This document shows, piece by piece, positions 13,301-25,800 of a DNA stretch of 64,000 nt. The DNA lies in NCBI GenBank assembly GCA_051362555.1, contig CM120647.1, forward strand, positions 20,250,651 to 20,314,650, in the 5' to 3' direction. The stretch comes from Lingula anatina. Lineage: Eukaryota; Animalia; Brachiopoda. The position numbers and the translations under genes are program-made. How positions within the stretch are numbered: position 1 is the stretch's first letter; the number at the start of each line of letters is the position of its first letter. Under the pieces are notes generated by a model, which had not been told where the DNA came from, made no database searches, and was given only the letters and a program-made list of their open reading frames with translations.

Positions 13301-16300
13301 GTCTGATTTGGCTTCTGCTGCATTAAAGAGGTTGGCTTATTTTGGCTCTGTTGTAACGTAGAAGGAGGCTGATTCTGCTTTTGCTGAAACTGGGGCATGG
13401 ATGACATATTCTTACTCCCCTGTGATGAGGATGATGCTGGTGGGTGCTGTTTTACCATGGGAACCTGTTTTGGGTCCTGCTGGGCTGACATGGGTGATTG
13501 CCTAATGGGAGCACCTGTTTGAGCAGAAGACTGACCTGTCTCACTTTTATTTCCAGAAACAGTATTTGAATCATGTGCTTTTGGCTGGGATGCATTTGCA
13601 GAAGCACCAAGAGGTTTCCATTTAACATTTCCCGGGGGCTGCGTCTTTCCCACCTGCTGAGCCCCCTGTTGGCTACTTCTTTCCTTCACACTGGTTGCCT
13701 CTGCTTGCTTTCCTGCCTCTTTCAGTGCTTTGTCCTTATCTTCTCCAGCTGGACTGGACTTCCCTGTGTTGGCAGATTGCTGTACCTTCCCTGCTTGTTT
13801 AGTTTCACTACTACTATCATTGGACTTCACAGAACCTTCCCTTGAACTTGGCCTTCTACCTCTTGGTGAAGACCTATCACCTGTGTCCCTTCTTTGTCTG
13901 TCCCTATCTGAGCGATCCCTGCCTCGATCACGGTCTCTTCTCGGTGATCTGCTTCTTCGCCTTCTGTCTGGAGATCTCCTATTCCTATTGTCCCTAGAAC
14001 CAGATCTCCTGTCCCTCCGTCTCCCATGACCTCTATCTGGACTTTCTCGCCTGTTACTTGAACTCTGTCTTCTGTGGGGTGACTGCCTGTCTCGAGATGA
14101 CTGCCGATCTCTTGAGGAACGGCCACTTTCCCCTTGAGCAGATCTCTTTCCAGTTCTTTGGTCTTGTTCCACACTTTCTCTCCGCGCCGCATCACTGGAA
14201 CTGCTACTAGCACCTGGCTGTATATCAGGCGTTCTAGTTGCTATTTTACCACCAATTCCGGATTGTGGCCTGGCATCTTTTTCATTGCTCTTGCTCTCTT
14301 TAGGCTGATTTAAAGGTGGATGGAGACCATGTGCAGCACTTTCTTTGGACTTATCACTGCCTGTTGGGGGATTTCTGGAGAAATCACCTCTCTGCTGCTG
14401 TGGTACCTGTTGGCTTGACTGGCTGTCTGATCCTTTTTGACCACCTAAAATGAATACATACACATCTCTGATCAAGCTGTCCATATGTGCAAGTCACTTG
14501 GATTGAAAATATTAACTCTTTCTGACCAAATGAAATCAGTAAGATAAGGACACCGTTCTCCACCACATGATATATTTTAATTTAGGATATTGCTTATGCA
14601 ACTGATTAACCAACAATTTCCTTTTCCAACAAAAACAACAGAATTTCAGAAAAAAAATTAAGAACTTTTAAATACTTTTCAACATCATTGCATTGTTACC
14701 TTATATGCTGACATCTAATGGCTTTAAATTCATTACATAAGGATTAACAAATTAAAAGTTCATATTAACAGCTCACCCATGGGAGTAGCATTTCCAGTCA
14801 AAACAGGTGGTGGCACAGTGAACTTCTCAGCCTGTTCTGCTGCAGCTTTGCCTTCTTCCATCTTTCTGGAAGCCAGTTCTTGCCTCTGCGTCTCCCTCCT
14901 CTGCCATTCCGAAATAGAAATAAAGGCAGGCTGGGTGTGGGCGTCGTCATCACCCGCACCCTCCTCATGTTGATAGAAATGTGACTGTTGTGAGATTAGG
15001 TCATCCATATTATGAGTCTGTCCAGTCTCTTTGCTATGGTTATCATGACCAAAGAGGTTCTCAGTCCGTTCATCCTGCTGCCTCAGTGCTTTTGCAGCCA
15101 GGTGCTCCTCAGGTCCGCCAAAGCCTGGCAGTAAAGGTTCAGTGGACTTTGTATGTCCAAAATGCCTTGTAGAATCAACAGCTTTGCCCCTGACAGGTGA
15201 AGGTTCCTCATAATCAAAAGCCTGATGGGAACTGTCGAATCCGAATCCTGGAATCACCGATTTCTCCTCCCGTCCACCATATGCCCCACCCCCACTCTGC
15301 TTACTGGCCAGGGAGAAGATGGACAGTCCAGTTGGGTCACTGGTCAGCAAACTGCCCAGGCCACCTTTGTGTCTCTCTCTGCCTGAATACTGTGATGAAT
15401 GCTCAATAGGGGGTGATAACGCATCACCAAGAGGAGTTTTACCCCTCCCGCCAAAGGGAGTAGTCGGACTTTTTAAAGTGTCTTCTGTACTGTCCACTCT
15501 ATTTGGACTCATAAATTTTTGTTCATATGGTGTCAGGAAGTGTGTTTGTCCAATGTCAACACCCTTCTGACTCAAATCTAAATAGTTTCTCTGTGCTGAA
15601 GATGTCCCAGCTTGGCTTTGATGCTGTCTTGATGTAGCGCCACCTATTGAAGAAGAGGAAGTGGGTTGACTAGGATCAGCTGGCTCTTTGCTAGTCCCAG
15701 CTTGAGCTATGGAGAGAACAGCCTGCAATTCAGAGCTCTGGATATTTCCAGCCTCCTTTCCAGTCAGTAATGCTTGAATACCAGGGGGCAGCAGTGAGAA
15801 CCCAGATAAGTCAGAGCTGCCTCCAGTGGACGTTGCCCCTTTCCCTTTAGTGCTGACACCTGCTTGTAAAGCGGTAACTGCTGAGGGACTAGCAGAGACA
15901 GAGATGGACACAGATGGTTGTCCTTGACCTGGTGGTGGAACACCTTGGATATCAGCCTTGGGGAAGAGGTCTCCTCTTGTTGTGGCGCCCCCTATGTCAC
16001 TTTTCTTTGGGTCTGCTGTGGAGCTGACAGACGGAGCTTGCAGGTTGAGATGTGGCAGAAATTTTGCCAGATTGGCCATCAAACTCGGTGGCAATGCTTT
16101 TGTCTTTCCTGGCTGTCCTCCTGAGCTTGGTCCTTCTTCACCATGCTGCACTCTGGAGGCTCCTTGGGGTTCCACAGATGACTTTGATGCACTGACTTCT
16201 CCCCCTGTCGAGCCTTTTTGTGAAGTCATTTGTGAAGAGGCTCCCCCTGGTGCTGTATTTCTGCCACCTGGAGTCGCCTCTGTTGCAGACAGTTTTGGTG

Positions 16301-16372
16301 CTGGAGGAAGGGGTATGCTGCCCACTGAGACTGGTGGTTTGGTACCTGTTTTCTCTGCGCCTGGGGGTCCAG
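10378..16372 (-). CDS. DIDO1: Two large terminal DIDO-like exons encoding a ~1890-aa low-complexity tail (S/G/P-rich, RS/RD-rich, Q-rich, RG/P-rich)
   Basis: ORFs 14760-16391 and 10378-14484 have acceptors at 16372 and 14444 and a donor at 14777, in frame with the upstream exons. Confidence 0.88.
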
Positions 16373-19300
16373 CTAGAAAAGAAACAGACACATTATATTA
16401 TAATATTCAGTTACTGCAATTGTCAATTGGTCTTAAGTGCATGCAATAATTTGAAAATGTGAGTGCAAGTATGAGAATTATATTAATGCTTTTTCATAAT
16501 TATGATTAATGATATATGTCTACCTTGAAATCCTTGTAAAGTCTGCATTTTCATTTCCACCTGTCTCTTTTGTTCCTCCACTTGTTGTGACAGTTTCTTT
16601 AGCTCCAGTTGCTTTTTTTGTTGCTCAACCTGCAGAAACAATCAAAATATTTCACACTGTTGTAAAATATATCTATATATATATGTCACTAAAAAGAAGG
16701 GAGATACGGATGTGCCTTTAGTTACCTGCGAAACGTATCTGCTTAAGTTCCACAGCAGTTGCAAGTTTGCAGGATTTAGGAAACTGTGGATGCATTTTCA
16801 TGGTCAGTCAGAACTTAACAATTAGCATGGAGAATATCATGGGGTTAAGCCAAATGCCAGCAATATCCAGTTCACAGAAAGAATGTGGCTTACCTTCCTA
16901 GTGAGTTCAATAAGAAGTTTCCTCTGGGCCCCCAGGTCTGTGTTCACCGCCATGGTAGCAAGAAGAGCTGCAGTCATCTCTGCTGGGTTTTTGGCCTTGG
17001 AGATCTCATCTATCATCTTGCTGACATCTACACTGCCAAGATTGAAGCCTGTTGGTTTGTCACTAGTCCCCTACAAAACACAACAATACTAAGTTATATG
17101 TATAAAGGGGCTTAAGTTTTAGTCCAAAATCTTTTAATAGATTTTAACATGAGCTGAACAAGACTTAAGTTTTGCCCTTAAACTTAGAACAACTTTCTAA
17201 CTTGGCCCCTTTTTTCTACCCTCCCGTAGATCTAAACTAACCTGGCTCTGCCCAGCCGGAGGTGCTGCTGGTGTGACTGTCTGCTGGCTAGATGGAGCCA
17301 CTACAGGCTGTTGCTGAGCAACTGGCAAGACAGGAGCATCATCATCTGCTGGTTCATAGGGGGCGTCCTCATCATTTTCCCCAGGAGTACCCTGGCTGGG
17401 GGAGTAACTACTAGTGCCTGGAATATGAAAATGGACAGAAATAAAAAAAATATTGTCAAAAGGAAATAGAGAGCTCTACTGTGCATACTGCTTGTTTGAC
17501 TGAAGTAATATTTTATCATTTTCATGAGGGGCAGGGGTGGGTTGAACTCCCAAACTGAAAACATGTTGACTGAGTAGGTAAGGCCTGACATTAGGTCTCT
17601 TTCTTCATGTTAAGGCATGAGCAACATTCAAAGTATTATCTGCAAAGACCAAAGACTTGGTTTCCCTTGCCCCAAATGAGACCACCGAAAATGGTCCAAG
17701 GTACTGAGCTATTGAATGAACCAATTTCTAAGTGCATTTTGTGAGCCCTCTGATGCACTCTAAAATTCTGTAATTCAATAGCTCCATTTTATGAAAACAT
17801 TAGAACATTCATTAAAAACAATAAATCCAAACCTTTTCCAAACTGTTTCACAATGGGGTCTCCAGTGACGGTGGTTTCTTCTTTAGTTGCTGAGGCAGCC
17901 ACCTGCTTGGCAGAGTAAGGTAAAGGTTCATATTCCTCCTCTTCTTCTTCTTGGCCCTCAGTGTTCCATGCATTGCTCTTGGTCATACTGTGAAAAGAGA
18001 GAAGGGAATTTTTAATATCTATGGGATACTTCTCTCACCATTCTCAGTCCCAACCATGGATGTATTTACGGAAAAATAAATTACACCTTTAGCGAACACT
18101 ACACTGGAAGCCCTGTCTTCACTTCTAACACAAGCTGACACATTTGACAAAACTGCTGATTAAAATTTGGAAATTAATTTGGAAAAAAAAACCTTTGTTT
18201 TATTGTACACTGGCTCACTAATTGACACCTTGTTGCATTACACAATCACCCATGGTGGCGCCTCTCAATTAAGTTAACCCAGATAGACTGGAAACACGAC
18301 TGGCACTGTCAGGAAAAAAATGCAAGTTGGACTGGAAAAAAAAAGCCTGTCCAAACTTCACTTACTGAGGCTTATACACATCCACTGTGGCAGGGGTACT
18401 TGTGGCAGTTGACTCCGAGCTGCTTTTATCCACAGTATGCAGGGTATAAAATCCAGTTTTGGGTTTGTGAACTTCCTCTGCTGGTGGCGGTGAGTGGGAC
18501 TCCTCCATTTTCTCCTGTGATTTCTGCTTGGAGGGATGAGGATGAGGATGAGGATGATGGCGGTGATGGTGCTTGTGGTGATGATGGTGCTGTTCAGGAG
18601 TGGTGTCATGCCTTTAGAGAAATAAAAAAAGGAAAATGGAGATAGAAAACAGTAGTATAAAATATATTAAAGGTTCTAATCTGAGAATTTTTGCAGAATT
18701 TTTTTCCCCCAACTCACTGCTTGATAGATGTTTCACAGCACTTCTGATCAAATAATTCAGATCTTCATTTTTGGTCAGACTTTTAGAATGCTATCTTCAT
18801 GACATTTCAGAAGCAAAATCATTAATATGGCCACCATGCACTTTTATTTACAGTTTTAGGCAAAATTAGAAAAAGGCAGTTTTAAGGAATATACAGAAAA
18901 AGAAAATATGACTTTAGAGGACATTTTCATATGCATAAAGTGTCCCTTTAAAAATGCAAAATTTATGATTACTTGTGTCTTTTAGGACTGCTTTCTTCTC
19001 TGCTATGTTTCTCACTGCCTCTCTTTGGACTATCAGCATGACTCTCATTGCTTGCTGCCTTCTGGGGGTGTGGCCTCTTTAGCACCGCCTTCGACCTGAC
19101 AATCACTGCCAATATCATGTGAGGGCGGGTTTTCTCCAGTCCTAAATAAAAAAGATTGTCTTAAAACTTGACTGGGCAATACTGAATAATTGTTTTAAGA
19201 ATCGAAAGACACAACTAACCCATGTTGGTCAAAATTATCCATTAAAAGAAAGGTGTGTGTGTGTGTGTGTGTCTTTGAGCATGTCTGGGTCTGCATGCAT

Positions 19301-22300
19301 GTGCATGTGTCTCTGAATGCACTTGACTACATAGCAAATATTGCATGCATGTGGACATGGATGAGATTGTGCTATCACTATCTGCTGGCATCTACAGTAA
19401 AAACCTGAAAATTTAGTCTGTCTTGAAAATTTTGTCAGAAGACGATACTCCCCAAGGTAATTTTTTTCACTTTGAAAATTTCACCAAACTTAAAAATGGG
19501 CCTCTCAATAATTTCGAAAAAGTTTGTCACCTAATATGGCAATGTTAGGATTCAGTCATTTTAAGATATTAATTACTTCTTAAGTGACAAAATTTTCAAG
19601 TTTTTACCGTAAAAGACTGGCATCTTTGGTGTCTTCTACACACATTGTGAACAGAGGATATTCACAATGTTATTACAGACATGAGTTTAGGTTGTAAGTA
19701 AAAAAAAATAGAAGAACAAATGGCTTAGGGACCTTATGATGGAGGGCTTAAGGGCTAATTTTACATAATTATTATTTACAACTTAGTTGGATTTCTTATT
19801 TAAATTTAAAAAAAATTAATGTCTATTCTTACCTGGTCCATCAAAGGGCAGCAAAACTGATGGCACACGACTGTGAGACGCCAAAGGAATGAGATACATG
19901 TCCTTAATATGAGGGTTATGATTGGCTACCACACCGCAGCGGCTGCGACTGTTCAGGTATGAGTAAAACTGGACGTAACTGTTCTTTTCCTCTTCATTTG
20001 GTGGCTCTAGGCGTATAATGATAATGTCCTGTAACGAAGAAAAAAACATTGTGAATGTCATGTTGGGTGTTGATATGAAATGTGACAGTTGAGCTTAGTT
20101 AAACAATGTTAATCAAGTTCTTCAATCTAATACTGGAAAAGAGATCTGTCCAACTGACAATGTAAACTGGCTGAGGTCTCTGAGACAGAGATGTAATGCT
20201 GAAAGCTAGTCCACTAATGGTAGATCCAGAATTAAGTGTATGATGATGGAGTCCATAAGGGAAAATATTGTAAATGTCATGGCATGTTGTTGATATGAAA
20301 TGTGATAGTTGAGCTAGGAAAAGCAATGTTGTGAAACCATTGTGCTTGTTGGAAGTCAGACCAACCAAGACAAAGTTTGAGAGCTGCAAAAATATGAGAC
20401 TGAAGCCAACTACTCCATTTCCTTCTTTTACTAAAATAATCATTAGTTTTTACAAAATGGAGAGGAGAAATGGAGATGTTAGCTGTCACAGTTGCATTCA
20501 TGGTGATACTCATCCAACAAAGAGTAAAATGGAATGAAATAATAAAAAAAAAACATATATTACTTAATTCTACCATATTTGAATTCTTCATATTCATAAA
20601 AAGGATGTTCAAAGAGCAGTAGTCTTACAATATAATTTTGTGCAAATGAAACAAGATTTTATTAACTGCATTCCATTTTTGGACAACAAGGAAAATATTC
20701 CATTAGTACTTGAGATTTATTGACTTTTCTATTTATAGCAGCCAATTTCTTCAAAGTGGATCTGACATGAGATTTGTTTAATGAGTCGAATAATCACCAC
20801 TGAGACTTTCTTGTCAAAATTCTCTTTAACTTGTGAGACTCCACGGTGTAGCTAATCTGTTTTCTTTAAGCCCATAAAATAAAACAATATTATTTGAACT
20901 GTGTGAAAATGTGATATCATGTAATTACTCCTCATCCTCATCACAAAACCTTCTCAAATGAAGCTACTAAATTCAATGAACCCAACTCTACTGAGAACAT
21001 AGCTTTAAAATAGTTGCTTCTAGTTTTGGTCAACACAAATGAACCAAAAAAAAAAGAAAAAAAAATGATCATCTTAAACCAACCTGCTTGTGAAACTAAT
21101 AAGTGACTTCTAATATCTAAGAAGGCGTTGAAATAGAATGTTCAGCCCACCCATCAATTACGACTAATTGACCAAAAGACCACGGAAGACCACACAATTA
21201 TCCAGGGCCCCCATCAGCTAATGATGCTGCAAAGGTACAGTTCACATCAGGTTAGCCTTAAAATTTTTTCACAAAACAATACAGCTGTACTGGTGTAAAC
21301 TTCGCAAAAAAAGCATCTTGACAGTGTGGTAATTATATAAGGGCTACAGGGGGTTCATGCACTAGAGGCTGCCTAAGAGCCTAATTAATTTTAATTGGTA
21401 CTTATAAAGTGATACTGTTCTATTGTGATCAAGAGAGTACATGCCAGGTAGAACAGAGATAAAAAGCTGTTCTGTCGCTGACTGTGTCACATTATATTCT
21501 TTTGTCACTAACTGTGTCACATTATATTCTTTTGTCACTAACTGTGTCACATTATATTCTTTTGTCACTAACTGTGTCACATTATATTCTTTTGTCACTA
21601 ACTGTGTCACATTATATTCTTTTGTCACTAACTGTGTCACATTATATTCTTTTGTCACTAACTGTGTCACATTATATTCTTTTGTCACTAACTGTGTCAC
21701 AATATATTTTGTCACTAAATGTGTCACAACATATTCCTTTTTCACTGTGTCACAATATATTCTTTTGTCACTATGTCACAATATATTCTTTTGTCACTAA
21801 CTATGTCAATATATAATTTTTTGTCACTCACTGTGTCACAATATATAAAGAGACTGATGAAGATGGCGATGGCATGTTGAAATATTTTACCCAAGATATA
21901 AATTTTCTGTTTGTGACAAAAGCACTATTGATGTCCATTACTCATGAAACTTTCAAAAGAATGGGGAGGTGTGGGGAGAGGGGGTGGGGGATGGGTGGGG
22001 AGAGGGGGTGGGGGAGGTGTGGGGAGAGGGGGTGGGGGATGGGTGGGGAGAGGGGGTGGGGGAGGTGTGGGGAGAGGGGGTGGGGGATGGGTGGGGAGAG
22101 GGGAGGGGGAGGTGTGGGGAGAGGGGGTGGGGGAGGAGGGGTTTAAATGAACTGACCTTTTGGCTGGAGAGGGTCCACTATGAATAAAAATACAATCAAG
22201 GTTCTACAACATTTTTTCAATAAGAGGGTAAAAAGGTCCTGTTTTTCAGAAAAAGAAAACCTGTTCCAATATTGCTGACTACAGGTTTGAAATTACCCCG

Positions 22301-22767
22301 AAAAAAATCCACAAAAAATATATCAAATAATCTGCTTCCAAATTACCGAACAGAAAAGCTTCAGACACATTTGCAATGTTGGGGTTTAGACTTTTAAATC
22401 ACTGGTTAATGGATTCATGTGTCTGGCTGTCATGTTTAAAGCTAAAATGTATCAACGAAAAGCTATCATAAAGGAACTTACGCACTTATTATTATAGTGA
22501 TCTATTATTCTGAACAGGGTTGGTGTCAATGTGGTAATACTTGATAGCAATTTTATGAGACAAGATGGCTGTTTTTGTCATGCTTCATCAAAAAAAAAAA
22601 ACATATTTCCATTTTGTGTCAATTCCAAGGAATCACATTTAACAGGAATAAGGCTGTGTTTTATTCAAATCCTTTTATAAAAGGTACTATCCAGATAAGG
22701 TTAACAAGGGCTTCATTTACTTCTCCAATACCAATTTCACTACTGTACAATTTGTACACTCTCTCCA

Positions 22768-22848
<81 letters not shown>

Positions 22849-25800
22849 CTCTCTCTCTCATTGCAAGTGAAATGTCTAGACTTTTATAAAACCATGGATT
22901 TGCCAAAAATTAGACGGTATGAAAGTAGTTATAGATAAAAATAAAAACGTCTATAGAAATATTAATTCAACAATCCATGTACATCTACCAGACTAATGAA
23001 CTTTTTAAACAATTTCATAGAGCCATATTCATATTGAGGCCAGTCTGGAGAACACTTTGCCAATCACCGCACCTAATCCAAAGCTCAACGCCCAAATGGT
23101 GATTTGATTGTCTGTATCTCGATCTCTCTAGGGATGCTTGCCACATTCTGTTTCACAATTACGCAGGGAGCCATCTATCAGCAACGAGGCATTACCTGGA
23201 TGAAGCAGCTAGCTTCACAGATGACGACAACGGAATTCCTTAGGACTTTTAAACCACACTTTTTTTGCCATTTTTGTCCACCAATATGCACTTCAGAAAA
23301 TAATCATTCAAATTAATTAAAACTAAAAATTAATATATCCTTCACTCTCCAATAATTAAGTAAATAAATTAACTTTTAAAACAGTTGAACAGCAAATCAT
23401 TCCTTTTTAGAAGCATGGTTACTCAAATGTTTTGGTATTTGTAAGTATCAAAAGGCTAATGAGTTATGCAGGATTTCTTTATTAGTTTTTTTAATCTGTG
23501 GGCACAATATAATGTATTTGTCACAATTTAAAAAAAAGCTCTAGTAGACGATGGTTAAAAATTTAAGTTAAACACATTTTACCCATGATATTTTCAGAAG
23601 GTAAAAGCAATGACTGCTTTGTTTTGGTTACATGACGACATAATATTACAGCAATATTCAAGTTGTCAGTTAACGAGTTAAAACATTTTTTAATATCTTT
23701 TTCTCCCCTCAATACTTTGAGTGCCATTTAAATATTTTTTCACTTTTGGCCTTTTTAAAGTCGGGTATTATCAAAGAAAAAAAATCTTTACCCAAAAACA
23801 ACCTTATGCAGTAGGTTTCCAAAGATGATCATTTGGGATACCTACCTTATCTTTCACCTGATGGTTTATTGATTCAACCAACATCAAATAAATAGGTAAC
23901 CCAAAAAAATCATCATATTTCTATAATGATTGACTAATCCATTATTTCTAAGTACCTAACAACTAAAGGTTTTTACAAAAAATAAAAAAGATGAAGCTAC
24001 CTTGATTAAATGAAGCACTTCCTTTAAGAGCAATTCCGTTTGCCTACTCTTAAGAAAATAAAGCACTTCCTTTATTAAGATGTTTTTATCTCCAAAACTG
24101 TTTGGATAAAAAAGAATCTGATGAAGTGTGTAGTCTTATAAAGGAAATGTCTGAATCATTAGTTCTGTACTATTCATGTTCAAATTGAGAAATGGCCAGC
24201 AATTTCGTCAGAAATTAAAGCTCTCCATATACAAAAGAGTTGCACTGTTATTTTAATCCATCTCCCATAGAAGATGTCAAGCAATAAAAATGACTGATAC
24301 ATTTTCAATAATCAAAAGAAAAAAGTAATCACCCCTGCCTCTCAAATTGAAAAGGGCAATGAGAAAAGACATCAAAAAAGGGCATAAAAAAACTCACTCT
24401 GCAGTCACTGTGTTTGATACACCACTGTTAATAACCCTGCGACAATTATGGCATCCTCTTCAAGGCATTCAACACTGGTGATTATTTCCTCCGCCATTTA
24501 CATCTTGTAGGAAGATGATCCTTTGAGCTGACAGCCCAATTACAAAGGCAATTCACCACACTTTTCTCTGGTCGAGCGAATCATTAATGAGTACATTCAA
24601 CTCTGCCTGCCATTACGTGTCATTATTCTTTATCAGGTCTCGGCCATGTTTACAGAGGTGAAGAGACATTTGATGCATCTTTCTTTAACTGTGATGTAAT
24701 TTCTTGCCCTGATATGAACAATCAATAATTTCTTTTTCACATCATGGCATTTATGAAGTATTTTTACTTACATATTTTTAAAGGGCACCTTTCTTTTATT
24801 TCAATTGCTAATCAGAAGATGTCCAAATAAAAACATTAATTCAAATGTACCAAGATGAAAAGACTTTAGGCAGACTTTTAGGGCAAAATTTAAAAATAGA
24901 GGTAACAATGCTGAAAAGAAAACCTAGTTTTAAACAAAGAGTCATATGTGCTCCCAAAAATTAAAAGAGTATGTTATCACTACCACTGAAAAAAAATCAA
25001 TATTTGAGCCAGAATGGTAACTCAATTGTTTAAAGCATGTAATATACTTTTCAAACAAGTGCACCGGTCAAAGACAGAAAGCTCAAGAAAATTAAAAACA
25101 CAAGATTAGTCCCTTTCTTCATGTACCAGTGAACTGACAATCTATCATGTGAGTATGTATTTGGACCACACTCAGAATCCCCCCCCCCCCTCCATACAGA
25201 TAGATACGAGGTCACCTTAATTAGTCCTTCTGATTAAATTACGAGTCATTAAGGCACTTTGGTCTAATAAACTGTTAGGTAACCGTCTTAAGGGAATCCA
25301 AATGAAGTATCCCTAGGGGACACTATAAGGTAATGCTACACAGCAACCAGAGTTCACCAGCCAGACCAACTTGGACATTTGGGTCAAAACGTCAAAAATG
25401 GTAATCTGAATCATTTCTTACTGAGAGCCCCTATGGAGTACACCTATCTGAACACTTTGTAATGTTTCAGAGATACCACCAATGCCAGAGGAAAGTGATT
25501 AAATAAAAAGATAAAAAAAAGAAAGAAACCAAAAAGATGTAAAACCAAAAAAAAAAAAATGTACCCGTGTACCTGGAATTTTGCACCACAAACAAGGACT
25601 AATGTATACCAACATTAAGGCATGTATTAATTGCTTTTACAAGGACCTCCATGGACTATCTCAAATAAACCAATCTCAAGTCACCTTTCAAACCAAACCA
25701 AAGGCTACCGCAAAGGCACCCATGGTGTTAAACATTCCTAAGTACACGTGTACTTTCTGGTACGTAACACCCCCAGAGAAACAAAGCTGGAATCTCCCCA

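Noticed and set aside
10402-16462. Many plus-strand ORFs overlapping the large DIDO exons
   Set aside because: Antisense shadows of GC-richer coding sequence with no recognisable motifs.
10378-20028. Treating the downstream exon block as a separate gene from 47536-61166
   Set aside because: The SPOC domain is continuous and in phase across the 47536/20028 junction.
21362-22187. ORFs with VTQLVTKEYN or Gly-rich repeats
   Set aside because: Translations of the 30-bp and 24-bp tandem repeats.
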